IMG/VR virus record: IMGVR_UViG_3300029070_000006
Coordinates: 1 to 16,986 of that record
Reading direction: 5' to 3' (one strand)
From: a virus
Length of the DNA: 16,986 nt
Under the pieces are notes generated by a model, which was not told the origin of the DNA, made no database searches, and was given only the letters and a program-made list of their open reading frames with translations. Of the stretch, positions 1 to 6,779 are shown one piece after another. A program made the position numbers and the translations under genes. The number at the start of each line of letters is the position of its first letter. Positions within the stretch are counted from its first letter, which is position 1.

Positions 1-99
1 CAGCCGTTCTGCTGTGGTGCCGACCCAGTGCAGGCCCGTGTAACGTGCATCGGATGATACGGGCCCTTGTTTCTGCAATCTTTTCCACAGGATCATGCG
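1..99. repeat. Terminal overlap, copy 1 (identical to 16888..16986)
   Basis: Read base by base; 99/99 identical. It lies inside a coding region, so it fits an assembly overlap of a circular or concatemeric molecule rather than a physical end. Confidence 0.95.
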
Positions 100-540
100 G
101 CTGGAGGCGCTGAGCTCCAACAGCCAGCCGCCGCCATGTGGCCGGGCTTCGCCGCCGTTCTGCACCAGCCCGTCGAACAATGTCGTCGCCGTGCTTGACT
201 TGTCGGAAGGGTTGCCGGGCGTGTACGCCTGGTGCAACACTGCCAAGCGCATGCGCTGCGCCGACCATGCGCCCATATCCGGGCGGAGCATGCCCCATGT
301 GGGCTGTTCTGAGATCTGCACGAGCACGCGCGCGCCGGCCAGCGTGAGCGCGCGGCCGGTGAGCCAACCGGTTGCATCGCGCAGCCGGAAGGTCATCACG
401 GACGGGTCGGGCTGCTGGTCGATGCCGTCGGTGCCCCACTGGATGCTGAAGCCGTCCAACGCGGCCACGTCGTTGTCGTGGTCGTTGACGGCAACCCAGC
501 CGTCGCCCCAGTCAAGGAACATGAAACACTGCTGCGCCAT
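1..540 (-). CDS. Minor tail protein in the Dit position, N-terminal part. The full gene is join(15898..16887,1..540), 509 aa.
   Basis: ATG at 538..540 overlaps the tape-measure TGA (540..542) by 1 nt. The frame is open to position 1 and in phase with ORF 15898..16983 (444 nt between 540 and 96). The translation starts MAQQCFMFLDWGDGWVAVNDHDNDVAALDGFSIQWGTDG. The gene lies immediately after the TMP. Confidence 0.7.
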   Translation of the reverse strand, partial: MAQQCFMFLDWGDGWVAVNDHDNDVAALDGFSIQWGTDGIDQQPDPSVMTFRLRDATGWLTGRALTLAGARVLVQISEQPTWGMLRPDMGAWSAQRMRLAVLHQAYTPGNPSDKSSTATTLFDGLVQNGGEARPHGGGWLLELSASSRMILWKRLQKQGPVSSDARYTGLHWVGTTAERL

Positions 541-2462
541 CAGTTGCCTCGCTTCCGGTCGTAGTCGCGGAGAATCTTCCTGATTTCGCGTGCCACGCCC
601 TCACGGTCCACCGGCGCGTTGAACGTGACGTTCACGACGGTGCCGCCCATGCCGGCGCCGCCGTTCACACCGGCGTCCAGGCTCAGGCCGCCCATGCGCC
701 CATTGATCCGCGAGATGGTGCGCCGAACGTCCGCGTCGAAACCGCTGCGCAAACCGCGCGCAAATCCCTGCATGATGAGACGGCCGTTATTCACGAGCAT
801 TACCGCGTCGTATTCCGGCGGGCCCTTGTGCTCCTTGATCCAGTCGCCGATACCGCTGATCCAGCCGGTCACGCTGTTCCACATGCTCTTCAGGCCGTCA
901 AGGAAACCGCTGATGATGGACGCACCGGCGTTATACAACAGGTTGCCCACGTTGCCTATCGCGCCGGTGATACGTCCCGGCAATCCCCTGAACCAGTCCA
1001 CGACGGCGTTCCACTTGTCGGTCGCGAACTGTGCGGCCGACTGGAAGAAACCGCCTATCTTGCCCGGCAACGCCTGGAAGAATCCCACGATGCCGTCCAC
1101 GCACGAGCCGAGAAACGCGGTGAACCGGCTCCACAACTGGCGGCCCGTCTCGGTCTGCGTGAAGAACCAGACGAGCGCGGCGACCAGCGCGCCTATCGCG
1201 GTGACGACGATCATGATCGGGTTCGCGTTCATGGCGACGTTCAAAGCCCATTGCGCGATCTCGGCGGCCGTTGTTGCGAAGCTGAAGCCCTGTAACGCGG
1301 ACGTCACGGCGCTTACCACACTGGCGACCTTGAACGCGGCGAAACCGCCACCGATGGCGACTAGCGCGCCCGCGATGGGTTCCGCGTTCGCGCTCACCCA
1401 GTCGCCGAACTCGGTAAGCTTGTCCGCCACCATCTTCACCACGCCGGCCGCGCCGTTGAACGCGTCGCCCACGCTCGTGCCGATGCCTCCCGCGTCGTTC
1501 AATCCCTGCAATCCGGGCGCTATCTCCGTGGCGATATTCGCGAACGCCTGACCCAACGCGGACAACGCGGAGCCCACGGCGTTCATCATGTCCTTTGCGG
1601 TCTGGAACGCTCCCGTGTCCTGCAACGCCGTGGCGAACGCCTGTATGTTGTTGGTCGCGGTGGTGGCGAACGATCCGACCGCTTCGGCCGCGCCGCCGAT
1701 GGCGTCGGTGACGGCCGGCTTTATGAGGTTGAACGCGTCCGTGAGCCCGCCGGTGACGGCGGCCTCAAGATTGCCCAACGCGCCTTCCATGGTCTGCGTC
1801 GATGTGGCGGCCTCTTTCGCCACGTCGGTCATGCCCAGGTCCATGATGGCCTTGTTGAACTCGTCGGCCGTGATCTCGCCTTTTTCCATGGCCTCGCGGA
1901 AATTGCCCGTGTACGCTCCCGCGTTCAACATGGCTTCCTGGAGCTTGCCGGCCGCGCCGGGGATGGCGTCGGTCAGCTGGTTCCAGTTCTCCGTCGTGAG
2001 CTTGCCCGCGCCTGCGGTCTGCGTCATTACCATGGCAACCGATTTGAACGTGTCGGCGTTTCCGCCGGCGACGGCGTTCAGGTTGCCCGCTGCCTCGGTC
2101 AATCCGACGTAATCCTGGATGCCGTTGGCCGCGAGCTGCGCCGTGGTGTTCTGCACGGTGGTGAGGTCGTACACGGTCTTGTCGGCGTAGTCGCGTGTGG
2201 CCTTCGTCGCGGCCTCCACGGCTCCCGTGTCGAAGCCCGCGAAATTCATTGTGCTTTTGAACTTGTCCGTGGAATCGGACATGTCCATGACGGCGCCGGT
2301 GAAGCCCTTGAGCGTGTCCCACAAGGCGGAAACGCCCTTGAGCGCGGCACCGCCCATGAACGTGCCGAACGCCGACGCTTTCGCCGTGACCTTGGAGAGC
2401 GCTTTAACGGCGTCGTCGCTGTTGCCCGTGATCCGCACGGACATGATGGCGCTTTTACCCAT
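540..2462 (-). CDS. Tail tape measure protein (640 aa)
   Basis: It is the longest ORF, Ala/Gly-rich and helical, with internal hydrophobic segments (IMIVVTAIGALVAALVWFF). It follows the G/GT chaperone pair. A GGAGGA RBS lies 10 nt upstream of the ATG. Confidence 0.85.
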   Translation of the reverse strand: MGKSAIMSVRITGNSDDAVKALSKVTAKASAFGTFMGGAALKGVSALWDTLKGFTGAVMDMSDSTDKFKSTMNFAGFDTGAVEAATKATRDYADKTVYDLTTVQNTTAQLAANGIQDYVGLTEAAGNLNAVAGGNADTFKSVAMVMTQTAGAGKLTTENWNQLTDAIPGAAGKLQEAMLNAGAYTGNFREAMEKGEITADEFNKAIMDLGMTDVAKEAATSTQTMEGALGNLEAAVTGGLTDAFNLIKPAVTDAIGGAAEAVGSFATTATNNIQAFATALQDTGAFQTAKDMMNAVGSALSALGQAFANIATEIAPGLQGLNDAGGIGTSVGDAFNGAAGVVKMVADKLTEFGDWVSANAEPIAGALVAIGGGFAAFKVASVVSAVTSALQGFSFATTAAEIAQWALNVAMNANPIMIVVTAIGALVAALVWFFTQTETGRQLWSRFTAFLGSCVDGIVGFFQALPGKIGGFFQSAAQFATDKWNAVVDWFRGLPGRITGAIGNVGNLLYNAGASIISGFLDGLKSMWNSVTGWISGIGDWIKEHKGPPEYDAVMLVNNGRLIMQGFARGLRSGFDADVRRTISRINGRMGGLSLDAGVNGGAGMGGTVVNVTFNAPVDREGVAREIRKILRDYDRKRGN

Positions 2463-2468
2463 ATCGGC

Positions 2469-2639
2469 CTAATCCTCCATTCGGTCCATCTCGTCTTGCA
2501 GCAGTCTTAAACCGGTGCCCCAGTCCAGTTCGTCGGCCTCGTGCCGCCATGCCCACGGCGTGCCGCCGAAGCGTGCCGCGAGCATGAACGACAGGATCCC
2601 TAACGAATCGTCGGGCCACTCGGCTAGTTCGTAGGGTTT
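2469..2639 (-). CDS. Tail assembly chaperone -1 frameshift extension (T part; predicted GT product 137 aa)
   Basis: The -1 frame after A AAC CCT reads YELAEWPDDSLGILSFMLAARFGGTPWAWRHEADELDWGTGLRLLQDEMDRMED and then stops at TAG 2469..2471. Third-position GC is high. There is no independent start with an RBS. Confidence 0.65.
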   Translation of the reverse strand, partial: KPYELAEWPDDSLGILSFMLAARFGGTPWAWRHEADELDWGTGLRLLQDEMDRMED

Positions 2640-2881
2640 TCCGGCGTCTCCACGTCGATGTCGTCCACGAGGTCAAGCCATTGTTCGTAAGGCGTGGTGG
2701 TGTTGCCGGCGTAGCGCTGCGCGAGATACGCCATGTAGTACGACTGGCGAATCTTGCTTGCTTCGCCCGGCTCCCATCCCTCTTTCTGCGCGTGTTCCTC
2801 GGCGGACGTGATGACGCGCGGCGTCAACGGTGCTTCGTCCACATGGCCGTCGGTGTAGGTGACTTTCGCGGTGCTTCGCAT
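2624..2881 (-). CDS. Tail assembly chaperone G (85 aa)
   Basis: Small acidic ORF directly upstream of the TMP, with an AAGGAG RBS. It contains the slippery heptamer near its 3-prime end. Confidence 0.7.
   Translation of the reverse strand: MRSTAKVTYTDGHVDEAPLTPRVITSAEEHAQKEGWEPGEASKIRQSYYMAYLAQRYAGNTTTPYEQWLDLVDDIDVETPENPTN
2633..2639 (-). promoter_or_regulatory. Programmed -1 ribosomal frameshift heptamer A AAC CCT (G/GT)
   Basis: Canonical X XXY YYZ in the G frame (gaA AAC CCT), with only two further sense codons before the G stop. Confidence 0.6.
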
Positions 2882-2884
2882 GGT

Positions 2885-3268
2885 TCATGCTCCTTTGATC
2901 TGGTTCATGGTCTTCTTCACGAACTGTTCGTATTCCTTCGCCCACTGGCCTTCGGTCGAGGCCACGGCGTCGTTAACGAACGTTCTCGGTTTGATGTGCC
3001 GTGCGGGCCAGCCGTAATTGATCGGTCCCGCATATGGCACGGTCTTGCGGCCGGCGCGGATGATACCGGCCTTCTGGGTCGCGCCCACGCGTATCGATCC
3101 GGCGAGTTTGCCGGTCCTTCCGCGTGGCGCGCGGGCCACCGCCTCGGGTTTGGCGATGTCGGCGGCCCGCCGGTTGACCTCCTTCAGCTCCTTCATGTCG
3201 GCGCCGGCCTTGCGCATGGTCTGTACGAAACGCTTCTGACCGACGACGTACAGGGCCTTGTCGGCCAT
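2885..3268 (-). CDS. HK97 gp10-family neck/tail-completion protein (127 aa)
   Basis: The motif APRGRTGKLAGSIRV...VPYAGPINYGWP resembles the gp10-family (P.dTG.L..SI ... Y..vE.G) signature. Confidence 0.6.
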   Translation of the reverse strand: MADKALYVVGQKRFVQTMRKAGADMKELKEVNRRAADIAKPEAVARAPRGRTGKLAGSIRVGATQKAGIIRAGRKTVPYAGPINYGWPARHIKPRTFVNDAVASTEGQWAKEYEQFVKKTMNQIKGA

Positions 3269-3269
3269 G

Positions 3270-3692
3270 TCAGGCGCTCGTCGGCGTGTACGCCGACGCC
3301 TTCACGTCGGTGGCGGAAAACTCAAAATCCTTCTTGTTCTTCGTCTTCACGTCACCGCCGAACGCGATGGGCGCGATGACCACGCGCATGTCCAGCTGGA
3401 GCTTGCCGGCAGTGTTCGGCACGAACTTCGCAGCCTTCGTCTCGCCCGCGTGATTCAGGCAATACACCTGCGCGCCGTTCATGCTGTAGTCCTCGGCGAT
3501 GCTCCCCGACAGCTTCCACGACGTCGTGAGCGCGCCGCCCTCCTCGTGGCCGTCCAGGTACGTGTCGGGGTCCTCGCTCGAATTGTCCGGCGACAGTTCC
3601 ACGCTCGTGCAATCGACGTCCAGCTTGTACTGGTCGTCTGAGGAGCCGATGACCAGGCTTCCCGGTCCCAGGGTACGAATCTTGTCCGCCAT
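3270..3692 (-). CDS. Major tail (tube) protein, actinophage type (140 aa)
   Basis: The pattern LGPGSLVIG...LSGSIAEDY...KFVPN...IAPIAFGGDVKTKN..DFEFSA is typical of small actinophage tail tube proteins. An AAAGGAA RBS is present. Confidence 0.6.
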   Translation of the reverse strand: MADKIRTLGPGSLVIGSSDDQYKLDVDCTSVELSPDNSSEDPDTYLDGHEEGGALTTSWKLSGSIAEDYSMNGAQVYCLNHAGETKAAKFVPNTAGKLQLDMRVVIAPIAFGGDVKTKNKKDFEFSATDVKASAYTPTSA

Positions 3693-3709
3693 GATGGTTG
3701 TTCCTTTCG

Positions 3710-4075
3710 TTAGATTTCATTGAGTGTGATCTGGTAGGCCGCGAGCGTCGCGTCTCCACGCGTGAAGCCGACGGGCTCGGCCGATGTGACAGGCAGCGCG
3801 GACGCCACGAGCCGGTCCATCGCGGCCAGTAGCAGCGGCAGCGCGGACGCCTGCGCCCAGGGACTGCCGGCGACGAGCACGAGCCGCACCGATAGTTCGT
3901 TTTCCGCGCCCGCGTAGGGCCATGCCACTTCGGGGGGTTTGACCCATACGCAGACCTTGCCGCGTGGCGGCTTCACCTCGGTCTCGTCGATGGTGACGTG
4001 TTCCACGAGGTCGCCGCACGCGCCGGCCACCTGTTCCATGAGCGCGTCGATCTTGCCGGTGATGGTGTTTGTCAT
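3710..4075 (-). CDS. Tail terminator-like / head-tail joining protein (121 aa)
   Basis: ATGA overlap with the upstream connector gene. Size and position between the connector and tube genes fit, and the pattern is DUF3168-like (weak). Confidence 0.4.
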   Translation of the reverse strand: MTNTITGKIDALMEQVAGACGDLVEHVTIDETEVKPPRGKVCVWVKPPEVAWPYAGAENELSVRLVLVAGSPWAQASALPLLLAAMDRLVASALPVTSAEPVGFTRGDATLAAYQITLNEI

Positions 4076-4404
4076 GCGATCCCCATTCCCGCGAGCACGC
4101 CGGCGGCGCGGAGCTTCGGCCAGGCGGCGCGCAACGGGTCGGCGGAGACGCGGAACGGTTCGATGGCGTCGCTGTCCACGTTCATCACGCCGTTGCGCGC
4201 GTCCTTCTGGTTGAACAGGTCGGCGGCGACCGCCAGCACGCAATCCGACTGGATCAGGTCGGGCACCGTGTCCCACGTCTCGCCCAGGTTCGCCGACAAG
4301 TAGGCGCGAGCCGTTTTCAGGCAACCGTCGGCGCGTTTCTCGTCCTCGCTGCCGATGACGTTCATCATCGCGAGGAAATCCGCATGCAAGGCGTCTTCTT
4401 CCAT
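4072..4404 (-). CDS. gp6-like head-tail connector (110 aa)
   Basis: Pattern LKTARAYLSANLG...SDCVLAVAADLFN, AGGAGA RBS, and position downstream of the capsid module. Confidence 0.6.
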   Translation of the reverse strand: MEEDALHADFLAMMNVIGSEDEKRADGCLKTARAYLSANLGETWDTVPDLIQSDCVLAVAADLFNQKDARNGVMNVDSDAIEPFRVSADPLRAAWPKLRAAGVLAGMGIA

Positions 4405-4412
4405 ACGCTCTC

Positions 4413-4778
4413 CTATCCGTCGGTCTCGGACGTTCCGTCTGAAATGGCGGTCAGCACAGGCATGATGTCCGCGTCAACGGTGCTGCCGTTGCGGGTAATG
4501 ACACCGCAGCTGTAGGTGCCGGCCGTGGTTATCGTGAACGGTTCGGTTGAGATTGTGTTGTAGTTCTTGCCGTCAACGGTGATCTGCACATACAGGTTCT
4601 GTCTATCGGTGCCGACGCTGCCGGCCAGGCTGTATCTTCCGGGCTGCAACGTGACTTCGCTGCCGACGCCGCCCCATGCGGTGCAGGTGCCGACGGCGTG
4701 AATGACGCCTTCCGACTTGTATGTGTAGGCCACGCCGTTACGAGCGGCCGGCAGTTTCGGCAATGGATAGAGGTTCAA
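4413..4778 (-). CDS. Small beta-sandwich (CBM/decoration-like) protein 2 (121 aa; TTG start)
   Basis: The TTG at 4776..4778 is preceded by GAGGGGGGG. It appears to be a distant paralog of the upstream ORF (GVIHAVG vs GSLHLAG; QPGRYSL vs PAGTYSY). Confidence 0.5.
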   Translation of the reverse strand: MNLYPLPKLPAARNGVAYTYKSEGVIHAVGTCTAWGGVGSEVTLQPGRYSLAGSVGTDRQNLYVQITVDGKNYNTISTEPFTITTAGTYSCGVITRNGSTVDADIMPVLTAISDGTSETDG

Positions 4779-4779
4779 G

Positions 4780-5217
4780 TCAGTTCCCCCCCTCGAGGCC
4801 TGTGTTGTCCGGGCGCGTCCAGTCGGTGGCCGTGGCGCCGAGCTCGAGCTGTGCTCGCAGATCGCCGTCGATCGGATTGGTGGTCGATGCCGCGATGCGC
4901 AGTTCAAGAGTGACCGTGTCCTCCGGGATGACGCTCGGTTTGTCGGTTTCGAGTGTGGCCAGCAGGCTCAGGTTGGTGCCACGTGCCTGCAAGTACGAGT
5001 ACGTGCCGGCAGGGAATTGCGCGACCGAATAGATGACCGTCTGGCCCTTTGCTGTGTCCGGGCACTCCCACCGCCACCGAAGGCCCTTGTTGGCTGTCGG
5101 CGCGTCACCGGCCAGGTGCAGGCTGCCGTCCTCGTTCACAGTCGCCGTCAGTCCCGATCCGGAGGCCGGGCCGTAGGCGAGCAGGTTACGCGACGCTACC
5201 GGCGGGGGAGGGGTCAC
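4780..5217 (-). CDS. Beta-sandwich (CBM/decoration-like) domain ORF 1 (145 aa from GTG). Probably expressed as a -1 frameshift extension of the capsid protein.
   Basis: There is no ATG. GTG overlaps the capsid TGA (GTGA). The ORF starts with the linker-like TPPPPVAS and ends QLELGATATDWTRP, resembling the LE.G..ATDW.P ending of phage fibre/CBM domains. Confidence 0.55.
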   Translation of the reverse strand: MTPPPPVASRNLLAYGPASGSGLTATVNEDGSLHLAGDAPTANKGLRWRWECPDTAKGQTVIYSVAQFPAGTYSYLQARGTNLSLLATLETDKPSVIPEDTVTLELRIAASTTNPIDGDLRAQLELGATATDWTRPDNTGLEGGN

Positions 5218-6779
5218 GCTTTTGGGGCCAGCGGCATGATTCCCCCCTCGAACACGGTCGCGAACGCGGCGTAGCCGTACACGCTGTAATTGGAAAGCAG
5301 TTTGGTGGTGTCGTCCTGCTGGAGCTGGAACGGGCCGCCGGCCTCCCACATCTGCAACGCGGTCGGGTCGATGAACGCGGCCGTGTTCGCGGCGGCACCC
5401 GGCACCATCTGCACGGGGACCGACAGCATGCGGCCGGTCACGCCGGTGAGGCTCATGCTGCCGAGCTTGTCCACGCCCTCGCCGGACACGTCCATGAGCG
5501 CGTCGCCGCTGCGCGTGATCTTCGCCATGGCGTCGAACACGTCCTTGCTGACAGCGAGCGTGCCCAGCTGGGCGCCGCGAGCGTCGGCGGCCTCGGCCGC
5601 GTTGATGATGACGGTAATCCACTGGTCTGCGGTGAGCGTGCTCACGGCGGCCGGCGTGTCCAGCTTGTTCGCCGTCGCGGCGGTGATGGCTGCGGTGAGC
5701 TTGGCGCGTGCCGCCGATTCCACGGCGTTGCTGTACGCGATGGTGAGCGCGCGAAGCGCGGTGTCCAAGGCGGGCGTGTTGCTGCGTTCGATGACCTGGC
5801 GTGACAGCTGTGCGTAGCCGCCGTAGGTGGCGACGGCAGCGGTCGCGCTGGTCAGTGTGATCTTGCCCGTTGCCAGCGTCGTGCCTTCCGTGGCCTGCTG
5901 CGTGACCTTGAGCGTGTTCGATCCGAGCTTGAGATATTCCAGCGTCATGCCGGTGGCAGGCAATGCCGCATGCTGGAACAGGGTCGCCACGCTGCGGCGC
6001 GACTGGATGAGTCGAATCTGGTCGGCGACCCACGTGTTCGTGTTGTGCACGTCGGTGCTGGAGATGAGGTCACGGGCCTCGCGCATGAACTCATACGCGG
6101 TGTCTTCGCCGGCCGCGAGCGATTTGGCGTATTCGCCGGCCGAACGGTACTGGCCGCCGATGATGTGCGGCGGTTCGGGCTGCTGCCGGTCGATGGTGTC
6201 GGCGAGAGAGCGAATCTGCATTTCGAGCTGGTCGAAACGCGATTCCTGGGTGGGTTCGTTTTCCACTGTTTTCTCCTTGGTTTCGTTGGTTTCCTGGTTG
6301 ACGTGTTCCTGGTCGCGCTGGCCGGTGATGGCGGCGCCCGTATAGGCGGGGATTCCGGTGACGGCTACCTCCAGCAATCGGACCGCGCGGCGCACGTACA
6401 CGGTCGTATCGCCTTCCACGCGCTTGTCCGTTGTCACCGGCTGGAATCCCACGGAGAACGAATCGACCACGCCGTCACGGATCAGCTGCACCGCGTCGCG
6501 CCCTTCGGCGGTGTCGCTGATGGCTGCGGTGATGTGCAGGCCGTCGGCTTCCCTGGTGGCGTTCGTGATCTTGCCGATGAGACGGCCGTGGTCACGGCTG
6601 AGCTTCGTGCGTGTGGTGTCGCCGAAATCGCAGTCCGGCGCGAACTCCTCGGCGGTGCCCGGCCATAGGCCGATGCGCTGGCCGAACGGCACGGCTATGC
6701 CCTCGATGCTGGTGCCGTCGCCTTCCGTCTCGCGTAGCTCGATGCCTCTCATGGTGATGGTGCGTTTCTCGGTGCTCAT
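5214..6779 (-). CDS. Fused HK97-type prohead protease (S78/U35) and major capsid protein (521 aa)
   Basis: The N-terminus carries DHGRLIGK...GLHITA...DSFSVGF (protease His/Ser motifs). The middle is an acidic coiled linker (ETNETKEKTVENEPTQESRFDQLEMQIRSL). The C-terminal ~290 aa look like an HK97-fold capsid. ATGA overlap with the portal gene and an AGGAGG RBS. Confidence 0.75.
   Translation of the reverse strand: MSTEKRTITMRGIELRETEGDGTSIEGIAVPFGQRIGLWPGTAEEFAPDCDFGDTTRTKLSRDHGRLIGKITNATREADGLHITAAISDTAEGRDAVQLIRDGVVDSFSVGFQPVTTDKRVEGDTTVYVRRAVRLLEVAVTGIPAYTGAAITGQRDQEHVNQETNETKEKTVENEPTQESRFDQLEMQIRSLADTIDRQQPEPPHIIGGQYRSAGEYAKSLAAGEDTAYEFMREARDLISSTDVHNTNTWVADQIRLIQSRRSVATLFQHAALPATGMTLEYLKLGSNTLKVTQQATEGTTLATGKITLTSATAAVATYGGYAQLSRQVIERSNTPALDTALRALTIAYSNAVESAARAKLTAAITAATANKLDTPAAVSTLTADQWITVIINAAEAADARGAQLGTLAVSKDVFDAMAKITRSGDALMDVSGEGVDKLGSMSLTGVTGRMLSVPVQMVPGAAANTAAFIDPTALQMWEAGGPFQLQQDDTTKLLSNYSVYGYAAFATVFEGGIMPLAPKA
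5220..5226 (-). promoter_or_regulatory. Candidate -1 frameshift heptamer C CCA AAA at the capsid 3-prime end
   Basis: The capsid frame reads gcC CCA AAA gcg tga. The -1 frame continues AGC GTG ACC CCT CCC CCG (S V T P P P), which is the frame of ORF 4780..5217. Confidence 0.5.

Noticed and set aside
1-99. The 99-bp terminal repeat as a biological direct terminal repeat or cos end
   Set aside because: It falls in the middle of an uninterrupted tail-protein reading frame, and its length is a typical assembler k-mer size. It is more likely an overlap from circular or concatemeric assembly, but this cannot be proven without reads.
93-583. ORFs 93..377(-), 95..583(+) and 138..347(+) from the track
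   Set aside because: They are Arg/Ala/Pro/Cys-rich off-frame translations typical of high-GC DNA. The region is covered by the in-phase N-terminal part of the 509-aa tail protein.
619-2472. Plus-strand and alternative minus-frame ORFs inside the tape-measure gene (619..1551, 828..1295, 931..1251, 1588..2112, 1765..2322, 2197..2472)
   Set aside because: They are antisense or off-frame shadows of a long high-GC gene, with low-complexity composition and no RBS or operon logic.
2455-2676. ORF 2455..2676(-), 73 aa, as the gene between chaperone G and the TMP
   Set aside because: It is an Arg-rich nonsense-like sequence. The third frame, reached by a -1 slip at A AAC CCT, gives a plausible acidic protein with high GC3 instead.
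4780-6033. The 417-aa ORF 4780..6033(-) as a single gene, and the 603-aa version of the capsid ORF starting at 7025
   Set aside because: The upstream portions are off-frame shadows of the capsid and portal genes (Arg/His-rich). Real coding begins at the ATGA (6779) or at the GTGA/frameshift site (5217..5226).
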